Below are positions 48,441 to 57,788 of a DNA stretch of 64,000 bases, one piece after another. The notes beneath the pieces were generated by a model that was not told the origin of the DNA, did no database searches, and saw only the letters and a program-made list of their open reading frames with translations. Both the position numbers and the translations under genes were made by a program. The stretch is from Nitrospinales bacterium. GTDB taxonomy: Bacteria; Nitrospinota; Nitrospinia; Nitrospinales; VA-1. The stretch's first letter is position 1. Every line of letters starts with the position of its first letter. The DNA is taken from positions 64,001-128,000 of the forward strand of contig OZ253496.1 of assembly GCA_965262115.1 (NCBI GenBank), read 5' to 3'.

Positions 48441-49487
48441 ATGCGTTTTGAAAAAGTTCATATTGAAGGGCTGGGCTACCACCTTCCTGATAATATCGTG
48501 ACTTCGGCTGAGATTGAAAAAAGGCTGGCGCCTCTTTATGAGCGGCTCAAACTCCCTCAAGGCCGACTGGAATTGATGAGCGGAATTCAAGAACGCCGTT
48601 TCTGGGAGAAGAGGGTTTTCCCCAGTGATGTGGCAACCGTTGCCGGGCAAAAGGCCCTTGCCCAATCCGGGGTAGATCGGGAGCAAATAGGTTGTCTGAT
48701 TTCCGCATCGGTCTGCAGGGATTTTCTGGAGCCCTCCACCGCTTCGGTCATTCATCATAACCTGAAGCTTCCGGTTGAGGGCTTTGTGTTCGATGTTTCC
48801 AATGCCTGCCTGGGTGTGCTGAATGGGATGATGATCATTGCCAATATGATTGAACAAAACCAGATATTAGCGGGATTGGTGGTGGCCGGAGAAAATGGCG
48901 GCCCACTGGTGAACAACACGATCGAAACTTTGCTGGCCCGACAGGATATTACCCGCAGTAATGTCAAATCCTCTTTTGCGTCATTGACCATCGGGTCTTC
49001 TGCCGTCGGTGTTGTTCTGGCCCATGAAAAAATCGCAAAGCAAAACCACCGCCTGATCGGTGGCGTTTCTCTGGCTGAAACCCAGTTCAATCACTTATGT
49101 CGGGGCAGTGATGACAGTGGCGCCGGTAGCGATTGGTCGCCTCTGATGGAAACCGATTCTGAAACTTTGATGCAGGAGGGATGTCGGCTTGCCGGTAAAA
49201 CCTGGGTGCGTACCCGGGAAGAGCTTGACTGGAACAATGAAGAGGTCAGCCGGGTATTCTGCCATCAGGTAGGCAAAGGCCATCGAAAACTCATGTATGA
49301 AAGTGTCGGGCTGGACCCTGAAAAAGATTTTTCCACTCTGGAGTTTCTCGGTAATACCGGGTCTGCCTCGCTGCCAACGACCCTGGCCATGGGGATCGAA
49401 AAAAATGTTCTCAAGTCTGGCGACAAAGCTGCATTGCTTGGCATTGGCAGCGGACTCAACTGCATGATGATGGGTGTTGAGTGGTGA
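48441..49487 (+). CDS. oleA: OleA acyl-CoA condensing enzyme (thiolase/FabH-like)
   Basis: RDFLEPSTA (Glu), SNACLG (Cys), CHQVG (His), GNTGSAS, LGIGSGLN; RL.PLYERL.LP.GRLE N-terminus typical of OleA. Confidence 0.88.
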   Translation: MRFEKVHIEGLGYHLPDNIVTSAEIEKRLAPLYERLKLPQGRLELMSGIQERRFWEKRVFPSDVATVAGQKALAQSGVDREQIGCLISASVCRDFLEPSTASVIHHNLKLPVEGFVFDVSNACLGVLNGMMIIANMIEQNQILAGLVVAGENGGPLVNNTIETLLARQDITRSNVKSSFASLTIGSSAVGVVLAHEKIAKQNHRLIGGVSLAETQFNHLCRGSDDSGAGSDWSPLMETDSETLMQEGCRLAGKTWVRTREELDWNNEEVSRVFCHQVGKGHRKLMYESVGLDPEKDFSTLEFLGNTGSASLPTTLAMGIEKNVLKSGDKAALLGIGSGLNCMMMGVEW

Positions 49488-50353
49488 CAGATCTTTATCC
49501 CTTTTCATCACATATCCTGCAACTCGAAAAGTTCCGCTACCATTACCTGGATGAAGGGCCTTCAGGCAGCGAACCGCTTCTCATGTTGCATGGCAACCCA
49601 ACATGGTCCTTTTATTATCGCAATCTGATCCTGGGACTGAAAGACTCCTATCGCTGTGTGGTGCCCGACCATATGGGAATGGGAAAATCAGATAAGCCGC
49701 AGGACTATCCTTACACGCTTTCCCGGCACATTGACAATCTTGAAAAACTGATCGATCACCTCAAGCTGGATGACATCACCCTGGTGGTTCATGATTGGGG
49801 TGGGGCGATAGGAATGGGTTTTGCGGTACGGCATCCAGAACGAATCAAGAGGTTGGTAATTTTTAATACCGCCGCGTTTTTATCGGGTGAGATGCCACTG
49901 AGCTTGAGACTGTGTCGCCTGCCAGGGTTTGGGACTATCGCCATCCGCGGTTTCAATGCATTTGCAAAGGGCGCTATCCGCTGGGCTTGCAACAAACAGG
50001 AAAGAATGACCGAAGAAGTCCGGGCCGGTTATCTACAACCTTATAACAGCTTTGCAAACCGGGTGGCAAATTTACGCTTTGTGCAGGATATTCCCATGAG
50101 CCCTGATTCACCGAGCTATCCGATGGTTCAGCACATTGAAGAGAACCTGAAGTTATTTCGAGAGCATCCCGTTCAGATTATCTGGGGAGCGCATGATTTT
50201 GTATTTAATGATCACTTTCTGAAGCGGTGGCAAGAGATTTTCCCTCAGGCGGAGGTGCATCGGATTGAAGATGCCGGGCATTATGTGGTGGAAGATGCGC
50301 ACGAGCGTATTCTGCCGATGATGAAAGAATTCTTCGGGAAGAATCCAATCTGA
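49484..50353 (+). CDS. oleB: OleB beta-lactone decarboxylase (alpha/beta hydrolase)
   Basis: HGNPTWSFYYR, HDWGG, FVQDIP, AGHYVVED; GTGA overlap with the oleA stop. Confidence 0.83.
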   Translation: MTDLYPFSSHILQLEKFRYHYLDEGPSGSEPLLMLHGNPTWSFYYRNLILGLKDSYRCVVPDHMGMGKSDKPQDYPYTLSRHIDNLEKLIDHLKLDDITLVVHDWGGAIGMGFAVRHPERIKRLVIFNTAAFLSGEMPLSLRLCRLPGFGTIAIRGFNAFAKGAIRWACNKQERMTEEVRAGYLQPYNSFANRVANLRFVQDIPMSPDSPSYPMVQHIEENLKLFREHPVQIIWGAHDFVFNDHFLKRWQEIFPQAEVHRIEDAGHYVVEDAHERILPMMKEFFGKNPI

Positions 50354-50376
50354 AGTGAATATATTTTTAATGGCAT

Positions 50377-50417
50377 AAAAAAACCGGCCTCCGATAATGG
50401 AAAGCCGGTTTTATTTT
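50377..50417. terminator. Bidirectional terminator between oleB and ahcY
   Basis: aaaaaaccggc..gccggttttatttt. Confidence 0.85.
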
Positions 50418-50429
50418 GCAGTAATTACT

Positions 50430-51731
50430 TTAGTATCGGTAGTGTTCCGGCTTGTAAGGGCCCTCAACTGGCACATTCAGGTATTTGGCCTGCTTGTCTG
50501 TGAGAGTGGTCAGCTTCACTCCCAGTTTGTCTAGGTGCAGACGTGCAACCTCCTCATCGAGTTTTTTCGGCAAGGTGTAAATGCCGACCTCATACTTGGT
50601 GTTATACAGTTCTATCTGGGCCAGCACTTGGTTGGTGAAGGAGTTGGACATCACGAAAGAGGGGTGTCCGGTGGCGCAACCCAGGTTCACCAGTCTTCCT
50701 TCTGCCAGCAGAAGGATACTGTGTCCATCCGGGAAGGTGTATTTATCCACCTGCGGTTTGATAACGGTTTTCTGAACTCCCGCAAAGTTGTTCAATGCCT
50801 CAACCTGAATTTCAATGTCAAAGTGGCCGATATTACAAACAATGGCATCGTTCTTCATTCTTTCCATATGCTCGATACAGATGATGTCGGCACAGCCTGT
50901 GGTGGTGACAAAAATATCACCTTCCTTAACGGCTTCTTCCATGGTGCTGACTTCATAACCTTCCATCGCTGCCTGTAACGCGCAGATGGGGTCGATCTCG
51001 GTAACGATCACCCGGGCGCCCAAACCTTTCATGGAGTCGGCACAACCTTTTCCGACATCGCCAAACCCGGCAATGACCACCACTTTTCCGGCTATCATAA
51101 TATCGGTGGCACGTTTGATACCGTCAGCAAGAGATTCCCTGCAGCCATAAAGGTTGTCGAACTTCGACTTGGTGACCGAATCGTTGACGTTCATTGCCGG
51201 GAGCTTTAAAGCTCCTTTTTCGATCATTTTGTAAAGGTTGTGCACTCCGGTGGTGGTTTCTTCTGTGACACCTTTGATGCCAGCCAGTAACTCAGGGTGT
51301 TTTTCGTGAACATAGGCGGTAAGATCTCCGCCATCGTCAAGAATCATATTTGGGCCATCTTCAAAAAGCAAAGTTTGAGCGGTGCACCACCAATATTCTT
51401 CTTCAGTCTCTTCCTTCCATGCGAATATCGGAATGCCTGCCTTGGCCATGGCGGCTGCGGCATGGTCCTGCGTTGAAAAGATATTGCAGGAAGCCCAGCG
51501 AACGTCGGCCCCCAGTTCGACCAGGGTTTCCATCAGCACGGCGGTTTGAATGGTCATGTGCAAAGAGCCGGCAACGTGGGCCCCCTTCAAGGGTTTTGAA
51601 GTACCATATTTTTCGCGCAGGGCCATGAGTCCGGGCATTTCGTTCTGGGCAAGGATGATTTCTTTACGTCCCCAATCTGCCAGTGACAGATCTTTAACTT
51701 TGAAATCTTCAGAGACGGTGGTCGATGACAT
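50430..51731 (-). CDS. ahcY: S-adenosylhomocysteine hydrolase
   Basis: [51 protein letters not shown]. Confidence 0.98.
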   Translation of the reverse strand: MSSTTVSEDFKVKDLSLADWGRKEIILAQNEMPGLMALREKYGTSKPLKGAHVAGSLHMTIQTAVLMETLVELGADVRWASCNIFSTQDHAAAAMAKAGIPIFAWKEETEEEYWWCTAQTLLFEDGPNMILDDGGDLTAYVHEKHPELLAGIKGVTEETTTGVHNLYKMIEKGALKLPAMNVNDSVTKSKFDNLYGCRESLADGIKRATDIMIAGKVVVIAGFGDVGKGCADSMKGLGARVIVTEIDPICALQAAMEGYEVSTMEEAVKEGDIFVTTTGCADIICIEHMERMKNDAIVCNIGHFDIEIQVEALNNFAGVQKTVIKPQVDKYTFPDGHSILLLAEGRLVNLGCATGHPSFVMSNSFTNQVLAQIELYNTKYEVGIYTLPKKLDEEVARLHLDKLGVKLTTLTDKQAKYLNVPVEGPYKPEHYRY

Positions 51732-52028
51732 GAGCTACTCCTGAAATGGGTTTTAATATATAATTATAATTTTAGCGGAGTGCTTCCGCTGGCAACTAGC
51801 AATATTTCTATCCTGTGGACATACGTTCTCTCAGTCCAATGGATCATTGCTCATTGGCCCCACGCCGAGTGGGGATACAATATTTTGATTGACTGGGATG
51901 GAATAATAGGAAGTGCTCAGGAAATTTCCATCTTTATATTTACGGCAATTCTTCTTATTAGTTTAGCAGATTATGCGTGGACGTCAATCCATCCAATATT
52001 ACAATCTCAAAAACCTGCTTTCTTCTTT

Positions 52029-52280
52029 ATGATCATTTCTGCGGTTAAAATTTACCCCTTTGATTCCGGCGAACCAGATTCCTCTTTGCGTGCCTATGCC
52101 GATGTCACCCTGGAAGATGAGATTTTGTTGAAAGGGTTTCGCGTTCTTGCTTCTAAAAACGGGGGATTATTTGTCGGCTTCCCTTCCAAGAAAGGTAAGG
52201 ATGGAAAATTTTATGACATGGTGGGATTTAAGTCTGAAGCTTTACAGTCCGATCTCCGGTCGGCGGTTCTCAGAGCCTAG
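52029..52280 (+). CDS. spoVG: SpoVG family nucleic-acid-binding protein
   Basis: LRAYADVTL, GFRV, GLFVGFPSKK, G.FYD; probable start 52029 rather than 51780. Confidence 0.88.
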   Translation: MIISAVKIYPFDSGEPDSSLRAYADVTLEDEILLKGFRVLASKNGGLFVGFPSKKGKDGKFYDMVGFKSEALQSDLRSAVLRA

Positions 52281-52297
52281 AAGGTTTATTCCTGATA

Positions 52298-55093
52298 TCA
52301 GTTGGATGATATCTTTACCGTTTTATAAAGAAAGTTCTTAAAGCTGATAAATTTTTTCCTTTCGTCAGATTCCAGATGCGAACGGGTTTTGCAGGCACCT
52401 AGTTTCACTGCCAGGCCTGGCAGATTGGTTTGATACCTGCTTTTTGCCGCCAGTATCAGTGACCTCACCGTGTCCCGGGTTAAATGGTTGGCTTTAAATG
52501 GTTGATGGATATCTGTCCAGAAATTGGCTTCTCCCGCCTCGAATTGATTCAACAGTGTATCGATAAAACTCGGGGTGCCTGGCGTTTCTGAAACGGACGG
52601 TCGGCATGCCGACATGATTTCGTCTTTAGTGATCGTAGCTCCCTTACGGAACAGCATGGCTCTTAGCAGGATATTTTTCAGCTCCCGAACATTTCCCCGA
52701 TAAGGATGTTGCTTGAGATATTCAACCGCTGCCGGTTCCAATTGCGGCGGGGTAGGGTCGTGGCCTTCCTTTTTATAGGAGTTGAAGAGGATGCCAAGAA
52801 AATGCGTGGCGAGGTCTTCAATATCTTCTTCTCTTTCATTAAGTCGTGGTATCTGGAAGCTCAAGGCATTGAGGCGGTGGTAAAGGTCTTCCCGGAACCG
52901 TCCTTCCTGAATTTCCTTGAGCAGGTCTTTATTGGTCGCGGCAATCAAAAATATTTTGGAAATACGGGGCTGGTTTTCACCCAGTCGCATGAACACTCCG
53001 GTGTCGAGAAAGCGCAATAACTGCACCTGGGTCTTTGGGTCGGCGTCCCCGATCTCGTCGAGAAAAACCACTCCGCCATGGGCTTCTTCCAGAATACCCT
53101 GGCGGTTGAACTCGGCTCCCGTGAAAGCACCTTTCTTATGTCCAAACAATTCGCTATAGGTCAGTTCTCCACTGTAGGCGGCAATATTGGTTTTTCTTAA
53201 AGGGAGTTTGAAATGGCCCCCCTTCTCTTTTTGGAACATATCATTGAGATGGGAATAGATATTATTGAAAAAGAATTCTTTTCCTGTGCCGGTTTGCCCC
53301 TGAATGAGAAGGCTTGGCAATCCGGTCATGACCTCGCGTTGTTGATTGCCCTCCCAATTGAGCATGCGGTTGCAAATGGATTCCACAACGGTCTGGATCT
53401 GGTTGACCAGTGAATGGACGTTTTGGCTTTTTCCGATTACGTTGCCGAAGTGATAGGAAGAAACTTTGGGGTCGCGGTACTCAATATCTTTTTTAAGTTG
53501 CAACAGTTCGCGTTTCAGCGCTTCAATCTGCTGGAGATTGTTCACCTTCTGGCTGATTAGGCTGGCGATGATCTGCAGGATTCTTTGATGCTCCTGGGTG
53601 AAGAAATATTTTCGAAAGCTGTCCTGGTTGATCACCCCGAGAACATGACTGCCTTGAATGATGGGGACGGCCAGTTCGGACTGGATTTGCCCGGAAAGGT
53701 TTTTGTAAAAACCCTTTTTTTCATCTTTGACGTTGGCAATTAAAGTCGGCCTCGCGGTATGGGCCACATAACCGTTCAGCGATCTCTGCTGGGAAGAGAG
53801 TTCCTCGCCACCTACAGCCATAAGTGGAATTTTGCTTTTCATCCAGCTTCGGGATTTTGCTCCCACGAGGTTTCCCTCTTCATCCTCAATGATGAGCCAG
53901 GGTTTGCCGTCAATAATTTTGTAAATGGAAATGGTTCCCGAATCGGCACCGATCAATTCAGAAGTTTTTGCCAGAATCTTATCGAGGAAGGATGTTAAAT
54001 CATCATCGGCGTCGGACAGCAGCTCTTCGATTTCGCTGAGCACCTCGATTTCAATGTGCTCCGGGTTTTCCTCGAGAATGAGTTTTTCCACCATGACCGC
54101 GTGATTTTCCAATAGCGGTTTTTCAAAAGGGGTGAATTTGTGCGAGGCATTGGTGTAATAATTCACCACGCAAATCAACTGCCCGGTTTTTGCGTTGAAC
54201 TTTGAGACTTGATACAGCGAAACAAGATCAATTTTCCGGGCCACCGCTTTTCGGCTGAAGCTTTCTTCCATGACATCTTCGATGTAGACCGGCTTTTGCT
54301 CGGAGTCTTTGGCGATGAGGCCTTTGTGGTCGTCATGAATGACAATGCGGTTGATCAGGTTTTCCTTGTGGAGATTGATATGATCGTGGTCGTTATAGAT
54401 CAGCGCGTCTTCTTTATTCTTGGAAAAAGCAGCGAGAATTTCGACCCGGTTGCTCAGCTCAGGGGATTTGAGATTCTGAATGGAAGAGGGGACCCACACC
54501 GAAGCCAGAGCCAGTTTGTCGATCAGTTGCACGGCCGAACGCATCATCATCCATGCCGCCTCTTTTTTTCGCGCCAGATCAAGGTGACGGGAGAAGGACA
54601 GTTTCTGGTGGAACCGCTTGGCGCGGTCGATGGTGCCGCTGGTATCGCCAAGAAAATCGACAATCTCCTTTCTCTGTTCTTGATTCAGGAACTCGCCCGC
54701 CTTCCCCCAATCCAGGCTGATGGTGCCGATGGGTCGGAACTGGTGGGTGATTGGGAACACGGCAGTTGCCTTAATGTCGGCTAACTTTTCAAACGGATTC
54801 TGCCGTTTGGCGAATTTGTCCGGCTCGTCCCAGGAGAACACCACCTCGTTGTTCAAGAAAGATTGTGAAATGATCGAAGCCTCGGGCGAGACAAATTTGG
54901 TGATGGGTTGTGGTTTGTTCTGGTCGGTCACAAATTGGCAAATCAGCATGCCTTCGTATAAGTCCTCAAGATAGATCCGCACCATTTTACAGTCATAAAG
55001 TTTCTTCAACCGGGTGGCGATGTGGTGAAGAATCTCGGATAGACTTTCCTTGCCGTAACGGGAAATTAGATTTTGTGAGGTGTTCGGGGCCAT
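52298..55093 (-). CDS. Sigma-54-dependent activator with N-terminal GAF domains
   Basis: GQTGTGKE, ELFGHKKGAFTGA, FLDEIGD, FREDLYHRL, GNVRELKN; GAF motif SELAVPI..GVIN.DS. Confidence 0.93.
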   Translation of the reverse strand: MAPNTSQNLISRYGKESLSEILHHIATRLKKLYDCKMVRIYLEDLYEGMLICQFVTDQNKPQPITKFVSPEASIISQSFLNNEVVFSWDEPDKFAKRQNPFEKLADIKATAVFPITHQFRPIGTISLDWGKAGEFLNQEQRKEIVDFLGDTSGTIDRAKRFHQKLSFSRHLDLARKKEAAWMMMRSAVQLIDKLALASVWVPSSIQNLKSPELSNRVEILAAFSKNKEDALIYNDHDHINLHKENLINRIVIHDDHKGLIAKDSEQKPVYIEDVMEESFSRKAVARKIDLVSLYQVSKFNAKTGQLICVVNYYTNASHKFTPFEKPLLENHAVMVEKLILEENPEHIEIEVLSEIEELLSDADDDLTSFLDKILAKTSELIGADSGTISIYKIIDGKPWLIIEDEEGNLVGAKSRSWMKSKIPLMAVGGEELSSQQRSLNGYVAHTARPTLIANVKDEKKGFYKNLSGQIQSELAVPIIQGSHVLGVINQDSFRKYFFTQEHQRILQIIASLISQKVNNLQQIEALKRELLQLKKDIEYRDPKVSSYHFGNVIGKSQNVHSLVNQIQTVVESICNRMLNWEGNQQREVMTGLPSLLIQGQTGTGKEFFFNNIYSHLNDMFQKEKGGHFKLPLRKTNIAAYSGELTYSELFGHKKGAFTGAEFNRQGILEEAHGGVVFLDEIGDADPKTQVQLLRFLDTGVFMRLGENQPRISKIFLIAATNKDLLKEIQEGRFREDLYHRLNALSFQIPRLNEREEDIEDLATHFLGILFNSYKKEGHDPTPPQLEPAAVEYLKQHPYRGNVRELKNILLRAMLFRKGATITKDEIMSACRPSVSETPGTPSFIDTLLNQFEAGEANFWTDIHQPFKANHLTRDTVRSLILAAKSRYQTNLPGLAVKLGACKTRSHLESDERKKFISFKNFLYKTVKISSN

Positions 55094-55359
55094 GACATTC
55101 AATCTTTTGAGTAATAAAAATACACAGTCAGCCAATAAGTATAAAATATTTATAGGGTTATGGGAAGCCCCCCAAATCCCCTTAGCAGGCGGAAGTTTGT
55201 CGCCACAGGAAAAAATATGTCAAAAATTCGGCAAAAATAACCGGATTTCCGACGCTTTCCAGAACAGCGCTAGGGAAGGGAGGTGGCTGGCAGCCTCTCA
55301 GAGACTTTAAATATATGGATTTATGGCGCTGGTAAAAAAATATCGCGATTCAGGACCGG

Positions 55360-55375
55360 TGGCATATGTTTTGCT
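55360..55375 (+). promoter_or_regulatory. Sigma-54 (-24/-12) promoter of flgB
   Basis: TGGCATATGTTTTGCT with GG at 55361 and GC at 55373, just upstream of AGGAG and the ATG. Confidence 0.85.
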
Positions 55376-55400
55376 CTATAAGTGGCAAGGAGATTTTTAT

Positions 55401-55831
55401 ATGCCACTGATTGATAAACTTTTATTTTCGGACCAGGTACCAACGGTCATGAGAAAGAGCCTGAATATGATGTCCACCCGTCAAAACCTGATTTCCTCGA
55501 ATATCAGTAATGTGGATACTCCCGGATTCAAGGCCAGTGACATCGATTTTTAGGCGCAGTTGCGCGAAGCCCTGGGTTCTTAAAGGGTCTTTAAATCTTA
55601 GAGCCACCAACGCCAAGCATTTTGGTCCGCCCATTTCCGACATTGGCGATTTAACGCCGGACCCTTTTGAAGAGGATGCCGCCCACGAAATCCAACGGAA
55701 ATAATGTGGATATCGATAATGAAATGGCAAAAATGGCCGAAAACCAGATTATGTACAACGCCACGGTTCAGTTGATGATGAAAAGAGGCGGAACCATCCG
55801 TGCCGCTGTGACTGAATTGCCGCAACAGTAA
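55401..55831 (+). pseudogene. flgB: Flagellar rod protein FlgB, inactivated
   Basis: ISSNISNVDTPGFKASDIDF then in-frame TAG (55551-55553), two frameshifts, then NGNNVDIDNEM. Confidence 0.92.
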
Positions 55832-55898
55832 GTAGGCGGCCTTTCTGATAGTTTTTTGTTATACTAACTTATAGTAAATTATTAGTGATTCAGGAATT

Positions 55899-56220
55899 AT
55901 GAAAGACATTACTGTATCCAGTCATTTAAAAGGGTTGCAGGGGCCGGGACCTTCTCAGGGATTAAGTAAGCCCTCGGGCGGTACTTCGGGCACCGATGGT
56001 CCGTCTTTCGCCGATACGCTTGCGAAATCGCTGAATGAGGTTAATTCTTTGCAAAAAGACGCGGATGTAGCTATTCAGGATTTTGTCGCCGACGATACCC
56101 GCAATATTCACGAAACCATGATCGCAGTGGGCAAAGCTGATCTTGCCTTTCGTTTGACCATGCAGGTGCGCAACAAAATTGTTGAAGCCTATGCAGGAAG
56201 TGATGCGTACCCAGGTTTAA
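55899..56220 (+). pseudogene. fliE: Flagellar hook-basal body protein FliE with a C-terminal frameshift
   Basis: SFADTL..HETMIA..QVRNKIVEAY; removing the extra G at 56193 restores QEVMRTQV*. Confidence 0.9.
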
Positions 56221-56246
56221 TAGTCGGTTCCAAAATATAAATTTCA

Positions 56247-56280
56247 AAAGCCTCCGGATTTTTTCCAAGGGCTTTTTTTT
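56247..56280 (+). terminator. Putative terminator after fliE
   Basis: aagcc.ccgga..tcc.agggct followed by a T run. Confidence 0.55.
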
Positions 56281-56301
56281 GTGGTGTAACCGCCGCCGGC
56301 C

Positions 56302-56373
56302 GTGATATTCTTCCTCAGATGTGATGGCCTCTTCATTAATCTTTATGCCCGGCACGGGTACTTCATGCCCCGA
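56302..56373. mobile_element. ~40-bp mini-element with a nested copy (56321-56360); its last 5 bp lie at 57574-57578, beyond the IS110
   Basis: gtgatattcttcctcagat[gtgatggcc..cacgggta]cttcatgccccgaag|IS110|gggta. Confidence 0.85.
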
Positions 56374-56390
56374 AGCAACTGTGTTAAATG

Positions 56391-57341
56391 TCAAGTGCTG
56401 GCAATGAGATTTTCATTCCAGAGTGTTTTTGTTTTGATCATGGTATTGATGATCGTTAATAACTTTCTCATGCATGCGGTAATGGCAACTTTAAAGGGTT
56501 TGCCCTTTTCGATGAGGCGTGTGTAAAAGGTACGAATCACGGGATTATGCTGCATGGCAGTGACGGCGGCCATGTATAAAGCGGCACGCACATTGGCGCG
56601 GCCGCCCCAGATACACCGGCGGCCCCGGAACTTTCCGCTGTCCCGATTGAGGGGAGCGAGACCGATAAGGGCGGCGATTTGCTTCTGATTAAGAACTCCA
56701 AGTTCCGGAACCCCGGCCAAGAGGTTGACAGCCAGAACGGGACCGGCACCGGGAACACTTTGTATAATCTGGTCGTGCTCACGCCAGGCAGAACTGTTTT
56801 TGATGGTTCTGGAAAGGTCGCCATCGATTTTTCGCAAGCGTTTTTTAAGAGATTCGATATGCTCCTTAATGTCTTTACATATCCATTTTGGAGCTTGTTT
56901 TAGACGGGTTTTTTCTTTGGTCAGCATCTCGATCAACTGGCGACGGCGTGTCACTAGAGCTGAGAGTTCAAGAGATTCTTCGTCTTTGATTTTCCTGACC
57001 TCAGGACGTATGGCCTTGGCAAAATGGGCCAGCACAAGAGAATCAATGACATCGGTTTTTGCCAGTTTCCCGGTGGCTTTGGCAAAATCACGAACTTGCC
57101 GTGGGTTGACCACGGCTACTGGCAGTCGACCCGCAACCAGGGCCGAAGCCAACGGGATCTCTAAGCCGCCTGTGGCTTCCAAAACGATCAATGGAGGATT
57201 TAAGGCGGATAAACTCTCGACCAAACCAGCAATCCCTTCCTCATTGTTAGCGGTTTGCCAGGTTTCTTGAGTCATGCTGTCAGCAACATCCAGATGGAGT
57301 TTAGAAATATCGATGCCAATAAAATGGGGTTTCTGATTCAT
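56391..57341 (-). CDS. IS110 bridge recombinase
   Basis: GIDIS, LEATG and KTDVID (DEDD tetrad), SVPGAG, GLAP..RDSG catalytic-Ser loop, GRANVRAALYM. Confidence 0.96.
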   Translation of the reverse strand: MNQKPHFIGIDISKLHLDVADSMTQETWQTANNEEGIAGLVESLSALNPPLIVLEATGGLEIPLASALVAGRLPVAVVNPRQVRDFAKATGKLAKTDVIDSLVLAHFAKAIRPEVRKIKDEESLELSALVTRRRQLIEMLTKEKTRLKQAPKWICKDIKEHIESLKKRLRKIDGDLSRTIKNSSAWREHDQIIQSVPGAGPVLAVNLLAGVPELGVLNQKQIAALIGLAPLNRDSGKFRGRRCIWGGRANVRAALYMAAVTAMQHNPVIRTFYTRLIEKGKPFKVAITACMRKLLTIINTMIKTKTLWNENLIAST

Positions 57342-57351
57342 AATTTGGTCT

Positions 57352-57555
57352 CCCAGCCTTGCCGATGCGGGCTCAGTGGCCCAGGCAACTGTTCGGGTTA
57401 ATCAAAATAGGACACAACGATCTGCGCTTCGGGACGGGCTTAAAAGCCCAAGGGGTAAACGATCTATTGTGCCCTGAATCAAATCCTGGGAGCTTGTGGA
57501 AAACACAAAACCGGCTTCCCACAGGGCTCACAGGTACAACTACTACAAATTCCCC
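57352..57555 (-). ncRNA. IS110 bridge RNA (5' stem-loop, target-binding loop, donor-binding loop)
   Basis: 5' hairpin 57485-57534; target-loop stem 57461-57474 paired with 57410-57422, inner hairpin gggctt-tt-aagccc; donor loop with inner gggc-cactga-gccc; loop segments match target and donor. Confidence 0.85.
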
Positions 57556-57674
57556 TTATGAACAACATACAAGGGGTAAATAGGGCGGTGATAGCCTGAA
57601 GGCTAAGCTAGGGAAACATAACACGCACTCGCGACTGCCAAAGGCGTGGAGCCTGTTCTACCGGGCGTGGCCCG

Positions 57675-57711
57675 GTGATATTTTCATGAGTTTTCATGTT
57701 CGGGAGGCGTA
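57675..57711. repeat. Degenerate ~40-bp mini-element copy
   Basis: gtgatattttcatgagttttcatgttcgggaggcgta. Confidence 0.6.
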
Positions 57712-57788
57712 TAATGAGTTCTTACCCAATTGCTTTCCCAAGGCTCGCGCGGCTTGGGGAAATTTATTTAATGAGGGAGATTGAAGCT

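Larger units (their letters stand above)
56374..57573 (-). mobile_element. Complete IS110-family (IS621-like) insertion sequence
   Basis: CT core at both ends (56374-56375 and 57572-57573), long non-coding left end, short right end, no TIRs. Confidence 0.92.

Noticed and set aside
49484..50353. Haloalkane dehalogenase
   Set aside because: Same fold, but translational coupling to oleA favours OleB.
51732..52028. SAH/SAM riboswitch upstream of ahcY, and the N-terminal extension of ORF 51780
   Set aside because: No riboswitch consensus seen; the region holds dispersed repeats, and SpoVG similarity starts at 52029.
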